A stretch of 58,044 nt of DNA from an uncultured Bacteroidota bacterium (GTDB taxonomy: Bacteria; Bacteroidota; Bacteroidia; UKL13-3), in contig CAIUQQ010000337.1 of NCBI GenBank assembly GCA_903901345.1, positions 1 through 58,044 on the forward strand, given 5' to 3'. Shown here in pieces: positions 1 through 9,764 of this stretch; the first letter of the stretch is position 1, and every line of letters starts with the position of its first letter. The position numbers and the translations under genes were made by a program. The notes below the pieces were generated by a model, which saw only the letters and a program-made list of their open reading frames with translations, was not told the DNA's origin and ran no database searches.

Positions 1-516
1 AGCAGCTTTATCGGCTGGAGTTAAGTTTTTACGCATTAAACTTATTTCTTTTAGTTTCTCGTAAACTACTTTTTTCTTTGCTTCTAACGCAATATAACTT
101 ACATAATTTCCGCTTTTATTGGTGTAAGTTTTATCACCAATAATTGCAATATCAACAATGGTTTGGCTCAAAACCTCACGTGTAATTTGCTGAAAGCGAG
201 CACTAAAATCACCTAAATTATCTGCTATTTGACGTTCTGCGCTGTAGTTTTCGGCCACCTGATTTATTTGAGTTTGTACAAAAGATGCCATCCTTTGTTT
301 AGCCATTAAAAGCGCTTTGCTTTTTGCTGTTTCTGCATCTCTGCTTTCAGCACTTCCAGTAGCCCTAAAAAACCTTCTGCTACCTTCGTAACTACTTCCC
401 GAAAACGGACCTTTTACTTCAGTTAATCCTTTGGGTGCTCCGCAACTTGCAATTAGAAAAAAAGTAATTGCTGCGAATAATATTGTTTTTGTGCTTAAAG
501 CTTGATAATTTTTCAT
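1..516 (-). CDS. Putative lipoprotein, C-terminal part cut by window edge (172 codons visible)
   Basis: Not in the ORF track because it runs off the edge. The reverse complement from the ATG at 514-516 reads MKNYQALSTKTILFAAITFFLIASCGAPKGLTEVKG..., a signal peptide with a lipobox-like LIASC. The frame stays open to position 1. Confidence 0.6.
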   Translation of the reverse strand, partial: MKNYQALSTKTILFAAITFFLIASCGAPKGLTEVKGPFSGSSYEGSRRFFRATGSAESRDAETAKSKALLMAKQRMASFVQTQINQVAENYSAERQIADNLGDFSARFQQITREVLSQTIVDIAIIGDKTYTNKSGNYVSYIALEAKKKVVYEKLKEISLMRKNLTPADKAA

Positions 517-592
517 GATATTATTTTTTAAGGAAGCATAGAAAATACTATGCCAAATATTGTTTTAACAAACCAAAAATGGTTTGATATAT

Positions 593-3331
593 TTAAAGTT
601 TAACTATTTTTTTTGTAATAATTATATTATCAATATTTAAACGTACAAAATAAATTCCATGCGCTAAATTTTCTGTTGAAATATAACTTTCCAAAATACC
701 TTCAGCTATTAATTTTCCTTTCAAATCGTATAATTTATAACTTGCATCTTTTGCTTGATGGTTATATAAATCAATGAATAATTTGTTGTTTACAGGATTT
801 GGATATAACGAAATATTATCCACCCAAACTTGCTTCACTAAGGTTTTATCTTTAGTAGAATTTATAATACTTGTAAACACGCCAGCACCATAAGTAGCAA
901 CTGCTAAAAGGCCATCTGTATTTCTAAAATCCATCATGGTAACAATATTACTTCCAATTTTATCGGGCGATTGACGCACCCAAATAGTTTGCATTCCATT
1001 CAAACTATCGGTAGCAAATAAACCTGCTGAAGTTCCAACATAATATATCAAACTATCGGAAACAGAAACAACAGTTAACCAACGCAAGGAAGGACCATTA
1101 CCAGCACCTGTAGCTAATTCTTCTAAATTACCCGAAACGGCTTGCCAAGTTTGTCCAGCATTGATACTTTGAAACAGACTTAAAATACCATAATTGGTAA
1201 ACGTGGTAAACAAAATATTTGGATTACTTGGATGTGTGGTAATGCAATTAATATAGGCAGCAGGGAAATTTGCTCCAGTAATATTTTCAACTGTTGGTTG
1301 CCCAACCGATGCATTTTTTATTCTATATAGTTTACCTTTTTGTGTTCCATAATAAACTACGTCATTGTCTATTTTGGAACTTGTAATTGCGGTAATTTCA
1401 TCCGTTGAATCACTTAATTTGGTTGTTAATAATTCGTCCCAATTAGTAAGTACAGCATTGCTATCTAATTTATCTAATAATGGAATTTGTTTTACATCAT
1501 TATTACGCCAAATTCTATCTCCATTGGGAATATAAATTCTATAAAAATTATTTGCATCAGGAGTAAAAGGATTGATAAATTGGTACTTTGATCTTGGTAA
1601 ATCTTTAGGATCAATGCGGGCAAATTTGTTTCCTAAACCATTGGCACCAACTTGTATTCTAAAAGCTCTACCTTCTTGAATTGACATGTAATAATCAGTT
1701 GCATTTGGCGACACAAAACAAAAAGAACCATCGTAACTTAAAGGTTGAGTCCAAGGTTTACGATAATCGCCAGCGTTAGTATATAAAGTACCATTGTCTT
1801 GCAAACCACCTAAAACTATATCACTTGTAGTTGTTTTATCAATGGCCACCGAATAAAATTGAGTGGTATTGTAACCATTATTTAAAGATTTCCAGGTAAC
1901 ATTTGCAGCTAAATTATTATCCGTTAATGAAATTCCTCCATCGTGAACGGAGATACATTTTGAAGGATTAGATTTATAAAAAACCATACTGTGATTATCG
2001 GGATGATGGTTTTGATAAATTTTAAAATCAGGACGAGTAGTTCCTACTTCATAACCACCAATCCAAGCGGTGTTATTAGCAGTTTTAAAACCATCGGTTG
2101 AACGGTATAAATTTGCTCCACCAATATAAACCACATCTGCATTATCAGGTTTAACTTTTACATATAAACAGTAACCCGACTGTGAAATAAACGGACCAAA
2201 TTCACCTTGCATTTGAGGTAAACTTACACTTCTATCTTCCCAAACACCACCTGCTAAAGTACCGTCACCACTCACATAATTGTATTTCCATAAACTATTC
2301 CATTCTTCTGTTCCATTGAATTGAACTGACTTTTTTCCAATACCAGGAGTATGTGCAATAAAGTAAACTTGTTTTTCATCACTAGGCGAAATGCCAATAG
2401 AAATTCTACCACAATTAGCAGGAAAAAATGTTGGACTAATTTTACTCCAATTTGTTCCATTATTGGTACTTCGCCATATTCCAGCAAATGTACTTCCGCT
2501 TGATAATGTTGCATATATTACACCTGCAGAAGTAATTGCTACATCAGTATATGGAGTAGATGAAGCAGTAGAACCTCTGTTCAATTGCCAAGTGGCACCA
2601 CCATTTAAACTACGCCAAATTCCACCATAAGTAGCAGCAAAAACAGCATCTATAGTATCCACAGTTGGGTTAACGGCTACGCTATTAGTAAAATCCCATA
2701 AATTATCGAACTGAATACTGCTAGAAACAGTGGTTTTTAAACGGTTCCAAGTTTTACCCGAATCAGTTGATTTTAACATGCCATTTCCGGTATAAAAAGC
2801 ACCAGGAACATAACCTCCAAAATACTCGCCAGTTCCGGCATACCAAATATTTTCTTTGCCTTTTCGCAAATCTTGCGTAATGCAAGTAACGTTTACATTT
2901 GAATCAATATTGGTACAAATATACCAACTAGCACCAGCATCATAACTGCGCCAAATTCCACCACTTGCTCCTCCCGCTAATAAATTATTTTCATTGGTTT
3001 TATCAATGGCAATGGCACGTGTTCTGCCGCCTATATTATAAGGACCTCGTTGGCTCCAAAAACCCATATTATTGGTTTTATTCAAAGCCGCATCGCACTG
3101 AGGTAATTTATTGGCAAAGGCCAATTCCATGTTCCTAATTCCTTTTGGAATTTCACCAGTGGTAGGATTTGCCAACATGTTTTTCATCCACTCATCTCTA
3201 CCTTTTAGGTCTTCTTCCATTCCATCGCTGTTATATTCTTTTTCCTCATTACTTGCTAAAGCAATGGTTGAAGGAGCATTGTTACAACTAATGTACAATA
3301 AAGAAATGGCTATTAAAATTCTGAAATTCAT
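593..3331 (-). CDS. Secreted BNR/Asp-box repeat protein (sialidase/sortilin-like beta-propeller) with T9SS C-terminal sorting domain
   Basis: 912-aa ORF with an N-terminal signal peptide. It has multiple SxDxGxTW boxes (STDSGKTW, SYDAGASW, SLNGGATW, STNNGTNW, SINAGQTW). The C-terminus is LYPNPVNNKLFIDL...GIYFVRLNIDN..KKIVKL, typical of Por secretion tails. Confidence 0.85.
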   Translation of the reverse strand: MNFRILIAISLLYISCNNAPSTIALASNEEKEYNSDGMEEDLKGRDEWMKNMLANPTTGEIPKGIRNMELAFANKLPQCDAALNKTNNMGFWSQRGPYNIGGRTRAIAIDKTNENNLLAGGASGGIWRSYDAGASWYICTNIDSNVNVTCITQDLRKGKENIWYAGTGEYFGGYVPGAFYTGNGMLKSTDSGKTWNRLKTTVSSSIQFDNLWDFTNSVAVNPTVDTIDAVFAATYGGIWRSLNGGATWQLNRGSTASSTPYTDVAITSAGVIYATLSSGSTFAGIWRSTNNGTNWSKISPTFFPANCGRISIGISPSDEKQVYFIAHTPGIGKKSVQFNGTEEWNSLWKYNYVSGDGTLAGGVWEDRSVSLPQMQGEFGPFISQSGYCLYVKVKPDNADVVYIGGANLYRSTDGFKTANNTAWIGGYEVGTTRPDFKIYQNHHPDNHSMVFYKSNPSKCISVHDGGISLTDNNLAANVTWKSLNNGYNTTQFYSVAIDKTTTSDIVLGGLQDNGTLYTNAGDYRKPWTQPLSYDGSFCFVSPNATDYYMSIQEGRAFRIQVGANGLGNKFARIDPKDLPRSKYQFINPFTPDANNFYRIYIPNGDRIWRNNDVKQIPLLDKLDSNAVLTNWDELLTTKLSDSTDEITAITSSKIDNDVVYYGTQKGKLYRIKNASVGQPTVENITGANFPAAYINCITTHPSNPNILFTTFTNYGILSLFQSINAGQTWQAVSGNLEELATGAGNGPSLRWLTVVSVSDSLIYYVGTSAGLFATDSLNGMQTIWVRQSPDKIGSNIVTMMDFRNTDGLLAVATYGAGVFTSIINSTKDKTLVKQVWVDNISLYPNPVNNKLFIDLYNHQAKDASYKLYDLKGKLIAEGILESYISTENLAHGIYFVRLNIDNIIITKKIVKL

Positions 3332-3514
3332 CTGTTTTATTTTTATTTAAAAATCGAATATAGTTTTTTGGTTTGTAAAAGAAAAAAATCGAAGCACGAA
3401 ATTCGGAATTCGAAACTAAAAAAATAATTTTTAATAATGAATCTCTAAGTATTTGCTATGAAATGGTGAAACAATTGAAATTCCAAAATCCATCATTCAA
3501 AATCGATTTCCACC

Positions 3515-4765
3515 TTAATCTTCCAAGTCGTATTGTTTGATTTTTCGGTATAAAGTACGTTCAGAAATTCCTAATTCATTGGCAGCTTTTTTTCTACGGC
3601 CACGGTATTTATCCAATGCTTTTTTTATCAATTCTATTTCTTTGTGTTCTATTGATAAGCTTTCGGGTTCTGGATTTTGAATTACAGGAATATCAATGAT
3701 ATTTGGTTTTGAAAATCCTTGATGGCTAGGGTTTAAATTACTAGTTTGATTGCTGCTATTTTGATACATACCAGGACTAAAAATACTGTTCATGTTTTCA
3801 TTTTGTTTCATGCCAAAATCTTCAGCACTCATGCTCGATTTTCCATTTTGCATCATTTCAAAAACCACACCTTTTAAATCACTTAAATCTTTGCGAAGCT
3901 CAAACAATACTTTATAAAAAATATCGCGTTCACTCATGTGATTTGCATCGGCAGTGTTACCCAATAAAGCTGGCAAACGGGGTTTATCGGTTGGTAAAAC
4001 TTGCGATAGTTCAAATGCATTTACGTTTTTATCTTCATCTAATACCGATAATTGCTCCGCAATATTTTTAAGTTGACGAATATTTCCTGGCCACCTATAT
4101 GCTGCTAAAATATTTTGCGCTTCCGCATCTAATATTACTGGTTTCGATTTGTATTTTTCCGAAAAATCGGCACTGAATTTACGGAACAATAAATTAATAT
4201 CTTCCTTGCGCTCACGCAATGGCGGAACACGAATAGGAACTGTTGACAATCGATAGTATAAATCTTCCCTAAACTTACCTTGCGAAGAATAATCCAACAA
4301 ATCTCGGTTGGTAGCTGCAATTACCCTTACATCGGTTTTTTGAGTTTTAGAGGAACCAACTTTTATAAACTCGCCACTTTCCAAAATACGTAATAATCGC
4401 GATTGAGTTTCTAAAGGCAACTCCCCTACTTCGTCTAAAAAAATAGTTCCACCACTCACTGTTTCAAAATATCCTTTACGGGTATCGAGTGCACCGGTAA
4501 ACGAACCTTTTTCATGTCCGAATAATTCTGAGTCAATGGTTCCTTCAGGAATGGCACCACAGTTAACCGCTATAAATGGCCCATGCTTTCGTGAACTTAA
4601 TGAATGTATTACTTTTGAAAAAGCTTCTTTTCCCACCCCACTTTCCCCATTTATTAAAACAGTAATATCGGTTGGAGCCACTTTGGTAGCTGTTTGCAAA
4701 GCATAATTTAACAATGGTGAATTACCAATTATTTCAAATCGTTGTTTAATATCCTGTATGTTCAT
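3515..4765 (-). CDS. Sigma-54-dependent Fis-family transcriptional activator (AAA+ domain only, no receiver domain)
   Basis: Walker A GESGVGKE, Walker B FLDEVGE, GAFTGA-type loop (GSFTGA) and C-terminal HTH AANELGISERTLYRKIK. The ATG is at 4763-4765. Confidence 0.9.
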   Translation of the reverse strand: MNIQDIKQRFEIIGNSPLLNYALQTATKVAPTDITVLINGESGVGKEAFSKVIHSLSSRKHGPFIAVNCGAIPEGTIDSELFGHEKGSFTGALDTRKGYFETVSGGTIFLDEVGELPLETQSRLLRILESGEFIKVGSSKTQKTDVRVIAATNRDLLDYSSQGKFREDLYYRLSTVPIRVPPLRERKEDINLLFRKFSADFSEKYKSKPVILDAEAQNILAAYRWPGNIRQLKNIAEQLSVLDEDKNVNAFELSQVLPTDKPRLPALLGNTADANHMSERDIFYKVLFELRKDLSDLKGVVFEMMQNGKSSMSAEDFGMKQNENMNSIFSPGMYQNSSNQTSNLNPSHQGFSKPNIIDIPVIQNPEPESLSIEHKEIELIKKALDKYRGRRKKAANELGISERTLYRKIKQYDLED

Positions 4766-6059
4766 TTGTAATTACTTCTTTATTTTTTATCATGTCAAAA
4801 CCTGCAATCCCCTTGCAAATTGTTAATTTCATTTGAGCTGGCAATTGAATGTTTTGGAACATTTCATTGTTCGCAATGTCTATGGTTCTTGTTATAGGAT
4901 AATCATTTAAAAATTTATCGTTAAAATAAAAAGTAAAGGACTCAATTTGCAATCCTCTTTTTCTTATTTGAATTTCGTTAATATCAATTTTTTCAATGTC
5001 GTGAAAGGTTACATGCTCGTTAAAATTTATCCATAATCCAGCAGTTACAAGCAGTAAAAAACAAATGGGAACAAACCCAAATAAATGAACAATCCAATAT
5101 TCAAATAGGTTATGATAAATGGCTTTTTCATTTATTTTTTTATAGGAAATAACACTGGTAATAATACTTATTAAAAATACGATTGAAAATATTTGAATCC
5201 AGTTAATCACTATAAATTCCATTACATGATAACGAAAAACAAACGCAACAATTGCAGTTAAAATTGGTAAATAATAACTCCAATGTGTGCTGTTATATTT
5301 ATAGGTGTTTTTTACTTTATCCGGTAAATTATAAACTAAGTTTTCAGTGTTAAAAAACTCCTTTTTGTACTCATAATCTTGGTCTATTTGCAAAGGATTT
5401 TGATTCAATAACAAACAAAAGTGAGCATAAGTATTGGGTAATTCTTCTTGAAATGTTAAAGGTTTTTCAAAGAACAATTCTACCAATTTAGCAAACACAA
5501 AATCTACTTCGTTTTCATTACCAACAATATTTAAAACATTGCTTTTACCTTTATTTTCTTTGTTAAATACATCGAACCAAACATCTAAATAACTTGCAAA
5601 ATGTTGGTCAAATGCATTTCCGTTTTTTACAGTTTGAACCAATGCCATTCCTAACTGATAAAAGAATAAATTTTGTCCATCGGAAGCTATCAAATGCCCT
5701 TCACTGAACTTTTTCCATGAAATGCCAATGATCTTGTTATTGTAAGTTACACCATCGCTAAATTCATCATTGTTTTTCAATGAAAATGAGTCGGGATAAA
5801 CATTGATATAATCGTAACCTGTTAAAAAATAATCTTTTAAACCAAAAGTAAGTTGAGTAATGTATGAATACAATATCAAACGCATGTCATCGGTAATTTG
5901 AATTCCCTTACCAATAACAGCCATTTCTTTTTCAAAACTTAAAACGCGTTTTACAAACTTGTGTTTTCCTTTTTGGCTTAAGTTTCTATAATACAAATTG
6001 TATTTCTCAAGCACATTGCTAACCTGCTGTTGTCGGCTATTATTGCTAAAAAAAATCAT
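4746..6059 (-). CDS. Membrane protein with N-terminal MtfA/M90-peptidase-like domain lacking the HExxH motif
   Basis: 437-aa ORF. The N-terminal 200 aa resemble the MtfA layout (ITDDMRLIL..., VYPDSF, ISWKKFSEG), but the expected HExxH position reads FYQLGMAL. The C-terminal half has about 4 hydrophobic helices. The stop overlaps the downstream sigma-54 activator start by 20 nt. Confidence 0.7.
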   Translation of the reverse strand: MIFFSNNSRQQQVSNVLEKYNLYYRNLSQKGKHKFVKRVLSFEKEMAVIGKGIQITDDMRLILYSYITQLTFGLKDYFLTGYDYINVYPDSFSLKNNDEFSDGVTYNNKIIGISWKKFSEGHLIASDGQNLFFYQLGMALVQTVKNGNAFDQHFASYLDVWFDVFNKENKGKSNVLNIVGNENEVDFVFAKLVELFFEKPLTFQEELPNTYAHFCLLLNQNPLQIDQDYEYKKEFFNTENLVYNLPDKVKNTYKYNSTHWSYYLPILTAIVAFVFRYHVMEFIVINWIQIFSIVFLISIITSVISYKKINEKAIYHNLFEYWIVHLFGFVPICFLLLVTAGLWINFNEHVTFHDIEKIDINEIQIRKRGLQIESFTFYFNDKFLNDYPITRTIDIANNEMFQNIQLPAQMKLTICKGIAGFDMIKNKEVITNEHTGY

Positions 6060-6075
6060 TTGAGTGCTATAAATA

Positions 6076-7455
6076 TTAGAATTTAACCTCTTCCACTATT
6101 CGTCCAATTAAACTTGTAATGGTTACCCGTTCAATTAAAACTTTTACATATTGCCCTTTTTTGTAATTTTCAATTGGGAAAATCACAATTTTATTTTGGT
6201 CATTTCGTCCTTTAGCATCAAACTCCGATTTTTTTGATTCGCCTTCAATTAATACAATATGGGTTTTACCAATTTCACTGGTATTTTTAATAATGCTATT
6301 TCTATGTTGTAAATCTATAATTTCAGTTAATCTTCGTCCTTTTACTTCTTCAGGAATATCATCTGCATACCTGCGGGCGGCCAATGTTCCTGGCCTTTCG
6401 CTGTATTTGTACATGAAAGCAAAATCAAATTTTCCATAATCAAACATGGTTAATGTATCTTGATGTTCTTCTTCGGTTTCAGTACAAAAACCAGTAATAA
6501 TATCGGTAGAAATACCACAATCAGGAATTACTTCCCTAATTTTATCCAAACGCATTTTAAACCATTCTCTGTCGTAAGTTCTATTCATCATATTTAATAC
6601 ACGGGTATTTCCCGATTGCATTGGATAATGAATATAATTACAAATATTATCGTATTTTTTAATGGTAAAAAGCACTTCATCGGTAATATCTTTTGGATGA
6701 GATGAAGTAAAACGAACCCTTAAATCTGGTGCAATTTGAGCCACTTTTTCTAGTAATTGAGCAAAAGTAAAAACTACTTCGTTTTGCTCATTTTCCATTT
6801 TATAAGAATCTACATTTTGACCTAAAAGTGTTACTTCTTTATAACCTTGATTGTATAATTCTTGCGCTTCCTTAATAATTGATTCAGGCTCACGGCTACG
6901 TTCACGTCCGCGAGTAAAAGGAACTACACAAAATGAACACATATTATCGCAACCGCGCATAATGCTTATATAAGCAGAAACACCATTGCTACTTAACCTA
7001 ACGGGTACTATTTCAGCATAAGTTTCTTCTCTGCTCAAAAGCACATTCATTGCTTTTTGCCCATCTTCCACTTGTTCTATTAAACGAGGAATATCGCGGT
7101 AAGCATCAGGGCCAACTACAATATCTATAATTTGTTCTTTTTCTAAAAACTGCGTTTTCAATCTTTCAGCCATGCAACCCAAAACACCTACAATCATTCC
7201 TGGATTGGTTTTCTTTTGGTGTTTTATTTCACGTAATCTTCCCCAAACATGTGCTTCCGCATTATCGCGAATGGAACAAGTGTTTACAAAAACAACATCT
7301 GCTTCTTGAATATCATTGGTTGTTTTAAAACCTTTAGTTGCCATAATAGAAGCAACCACTTCGCTGTCAGCTAAATTCATAGCACAGCCATAGGTTTCAA
7401 TATATAAGTTTCTTGTAGCACTTTCGTGTGCTGTATCTGCAATTACGCCTTTCAT
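6076..7455 (-). CDS. miaB: tRNA-2-methylthio-N6-dimethylallyladenosine synthase (radical SAM methylthiotransferase)
   Basis: 459 aa with UPF0004 N-domain cysteines (YGCAMN, NTCSIR, GCM), the radical SAM motif [11 protein letters not shown] and a C-terminal TRAM domain. Confidence 0.95.
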   Translation of the reverse strand: MKGVIADTAHESATRNLYIETYGCAMNLADSEVVASIMATKGFKTTNDIQEADVVFVNTCSIRDNAEAHVWGRLREIKHQKKTNPGMIVGVLGCMAERLKTQFLEKEQIIDIVVGPDAYRDIPRLIEQVEDGQKAMNVLLSREETYAEIVPVRLSSNGVSAYISIMRGCDNMCSFCVVPFTRGRERSREPESIIKEAQELYNQGYKEVTLLGQNVDSYKMENEQNEVVFTFAQLLEKVAQIAPDLRVRFTSSHPKDITDEVLFTIKKYDNICNYIHYPMQSGNTRVLNMMNRTYDREWFKMRLDKIREVIPDCGISTDIITGFCTETEEEHQDTLTMFDYGKFDFAFMYKYSERPGTLAARRYADDIPEEVKGRRLTEIIDLQHRNSIIKNTSEIGKTHIVLIEGESKKSEFDAKGRNDQNKIVIFPIENYKKGQYVKVLIERVTITSLIGRIVEEVKF

Positions 7456-7685
7456 TTTTTATAATAATATGCTAAATTAAAGCTGCAAATATATAAAAAT
7501 TATGTCAGTATGGCAGCGTTTTTTTGATTGAAAAATTGAAAAATTACAAGGTTGTAAAAATTGGAAGATTACAAGATTGATACTTACTTATTGCCAATTG
7601 CATATAACTAATTGCTAATTGTCTATTTGTAAATAATTTAAAATTCAACATCAAACATTCAAAATTTATCTTAATTTTGCCAATA

Positions 7686-8780
7686 ATGATAGTAAATGAT
7701 ATTATAAATATTTTTGAAAACTATGCACCTAGTCAGTTACAGGAAAGTTATGATAACAGTGGCTTAATTACTGGAAATAAGGACTTAGAAATTTCAAATA
7801 TACTTATCACTTTAGATTGTACCGAAGATGTGTTGGAGGAAGCAATTACAAATAATTGCAATATAATTATAGCACATCATCCAATAGTTTTTAGCGGTTT
7901 AAAAAAAATAAACGGTAAAAATTATGTGGAACGTGTAATTATAAAAGCCATTAAAAATGATATAGCAATATATGCCGTTCATACTAATTTGGACAATGTT
8001 AGCAATGGTGTAAATGGTAAAATTGCAGAGAAATTAGCTTTAAAAAACACCAAAGTTTTAGCGCCTAAAAATTCAATTTTCAAAAAATTAATTACTTTTA
8101 TTCCTATATTACATTTTGAAAGCGTACAAAATGCATTATTTGAAGCTGGTGCGGGAAATATTGGAAATTATTCTGACTGTGGATTTAGCCTAGTTGGAAA
8201 TGGAACTTTTAAAGCCAATGAATTTGCAAAACCTTTTGTTGGCGAAAAAGACAAAAGACATACTGAAAATGAAATCAGGTTTGAAACAATATTTCCCATC
8301 TATTTACAAAACAAAATAATTCAAACATTGCACGAAGTGCATCCATACGAAGAAGTAGCTTTTGAGTTAATAGCCACTGAAAATACTTATGATATAATTG
8401 GAAGCGGTTTGATTGGAGAATTAGAAAATGAAGTTTCGCCAACTGATTTTTTGAAAATGCTGAAAGAAAAAATGGAATTAAATGTCATAAAATTTACTGC
8501 TTTTTCAAAAAATATAAAAAAAGTTGCACTTTGCGGTGGAGCAGGACAATTTTTGCTAAAAAACGCAATTAATCAAGGAGCAGACGCATTTATAAGCTCA
8601 GATTTTAAATATCATGAGTTTTTTGATGCCGAGAAAAGCCTTATGATTGCTGACATTGGACACTATGAAAGCGAAAAATTCACAAAAGAGCTTATGTTTG
8701 ATTTAATTATGAAAAAAAATCCTACATTTGCCGTCCTTTTAAGTAAAACAAATACCAACCCAGTAAATTATTATTATTAA
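7686..8780 (+). CDS. Nif3-like dinuclear metal centre protein (YqfO/YbgI family, with inserted PII-like domain)
   Basis: ORF 7677-8780; I prefer the ATG at 7686 (MIVNDIINIFE..). It has the AHHPIVF motif, a length of about 365 aa and the conserved pairing with the downstream zinc-ribbon gene. Confidence 0.9.
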   Translation: MIVNDIINIFENYAPSQLQESYDNSGLITGNKDLEISNILITLDCTEDVLEEAITNNCNIIIAHHPIVFSGLKKINGKNYVERVIIKAIKNDIAIYAVHTNLDNVSNGVNGKIAEKLALKNTKVLAPKNSIFKKLITFIPILHFESVQNALFEAGAGNIGNYSDCGFSLVGNGTFKANEFAKPFVGEKDKRHTENEIRFETIFPIYLQNKIIQTLHEVHPYEEVAFELIATENTYDIIGSGLIGELENEVSPTDFLKMLKEKMELNVIKFTAFSKNIKKVALCGGAGQFLLKNAINQGADAFISSDFKYHEFFDAEKSLMIADIGHYESEKFTKELMFDLIMKKNPTFAVLLSKTNTNPVNYYY

Positions 8781-8785
8781 ACTAT

Positions 8786-9538
8786 ATGGCAGTAGCTACA
8801 GAAGTAAGCATTGAACAAAAATTGAAAGCATTATATAAGCTTCAAATTATTGATACACAAATTAGCAAATTACAAGCAATTAGAGGTGAATTGCCTAACG
8901 AAGTTGCAGATTTAGAAGACGATATAGCTGGAATGGAAACTCGTTTGGCTAATATGGCTAACGAAGTAAAAGCTATTGAAGACAGTATTAGCCAAAACAA
9001 AACTCGCATTATTGATGCGAAAGCATTAGCAAAAAAATACGAAAAACAATTAGAAGGTGTTAAAAACAACCGTGAATACGATGCTTTAAACAAAGAAATT
9101 GAAATTCAAGGCTTGGAACAACAAGCTGCTGACAAACGTATTAAGAATGCAAATTTTGATGCTGAGCAAAAGAAAAACAGTATTACTGCCTTAGATTTAG
9201 AATTAGTAGGCCGTAAACAAGATTTGAAAAACAAAAAAGGCGAATTAGAAAGCATCATTGCTGATACTGAGAAAGAAGAAGCTTTATTAAACAAAGACCG
9301 TGATAAAGCACTAGTTGTTGCAGATGATCGTTTGGTAACTTCATACAATAGAATTAGAACCAGTATGAAAAACGGAATGGGTGTAGCTGTAATCATGCGT
9401 GAAAGTTGTGGTGGTTGTTTTGCTGGAATCCCTCCTCAACGCCAAGCAGATATTAAATTACGTAAGAAAATTATAGTTTGCGAAAACTGTGGTCGCGTTT
9501 TAGTTGACCCTGAGTTAGCTGAAGAAGTTGCTCAATAA
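8786..9538 (+). CDS. Coiled-coil / C4 zinc-ribbon protein (COG1579-type, usual Nif3 neighbour)
   Basis: 250 aa with a long Lys/Glu coiled coil followed by CGGCF...CENCGRVLV. Confidence 0.85.
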   Translation: MAVATEVSIEQKLKALYKLQIIDTQISKLQAIRGELPNEVADLEDDIAGMETRLANMANEVKAIEDSISQNKTRIIDAKALAKKYEKQLEGVKNNREYDALNKEIEIQGLEQQAADKRIKNANFDAEQKKNSITALDLELVGRKQDLKNKKGELESIIADTEKEEALLNKDRDKALVVADDRLVTSYNRIRTSMKNGMGVAVIMRESCGGCFAGIPPQRQADIKLRKKIIVCENCGRVLVDPELAEEVAQ

Positions 9539-9558
9539 TTTTTACAATAAATTATAAT

Positions 9559-9592
9559 AAAAAGCCATTCGAATTTCGGATGGCTTTTTTTG
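9559..9592 (+). terminator. Rho-independent terminator hairpin (ccattcgaa/ttcggatgg) with T7 run
   Basis: aaaaagccattcgaatttcggatggcttttttt lies 20 nt after the stop at 9538. An identical copy is at 11154-11189. Confidence 0.7.
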
Positions 9593-9764
9593 TTTAAATA
9601 AAAATAAAGTAAATGGAATAGTTAAATTTTAATACTTTAGTTTGTAATAGTCTAATTAAAAACTTCAAATTATATAAGTGAAGCTCGAAAGCAACCAAAC
9701 TTACTTATTATTACACTTATTAATAAGTAAATGAAATAAAAATTAATAAATAAAACAAAAAACT

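Noticed and set aside
7511-7527. Possible sigma-54 promoter (tggcagcgttttttt..)
   Set aside because: The GG is present but no GC lies at the required -12 spacing (TGGCAC-N5-TTGC), so there is no match. No convincing -24/-12 promoter was found elsewhere in intergenic DNA by eye.
7500-7676. Word-like stutters (aaaattgaaaaattacaagg.., ttgccaattgcatataactaattgctaattg, attcaacatcaaacattcaaaat) as a specific regulatory element
   Set aside because: Similar short stutters appear in many intergenic regions of the window (52940-52975, 51249-51283, 33598-33625). I treat them as a general compositional feature, not a discrete feature.
8842-9396. Antisense ORFs (83 and 96 aa) within the zinc-ribbon/coiled-coil gene
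   Set aside because: They are nested opposite a Lys/Glu-rich coiled-coil coding region, and their low-complexity products are typical shadow ORFs.
9715-9728. Perfect 14-nt palindrome ACTTATTAATAAGT upstream of the 442-aa gene
   Set aside because: It is composed almost only of A/T in a very AT-rich genome, so chance occurrence is likely. There is no second copy or associated regulator.
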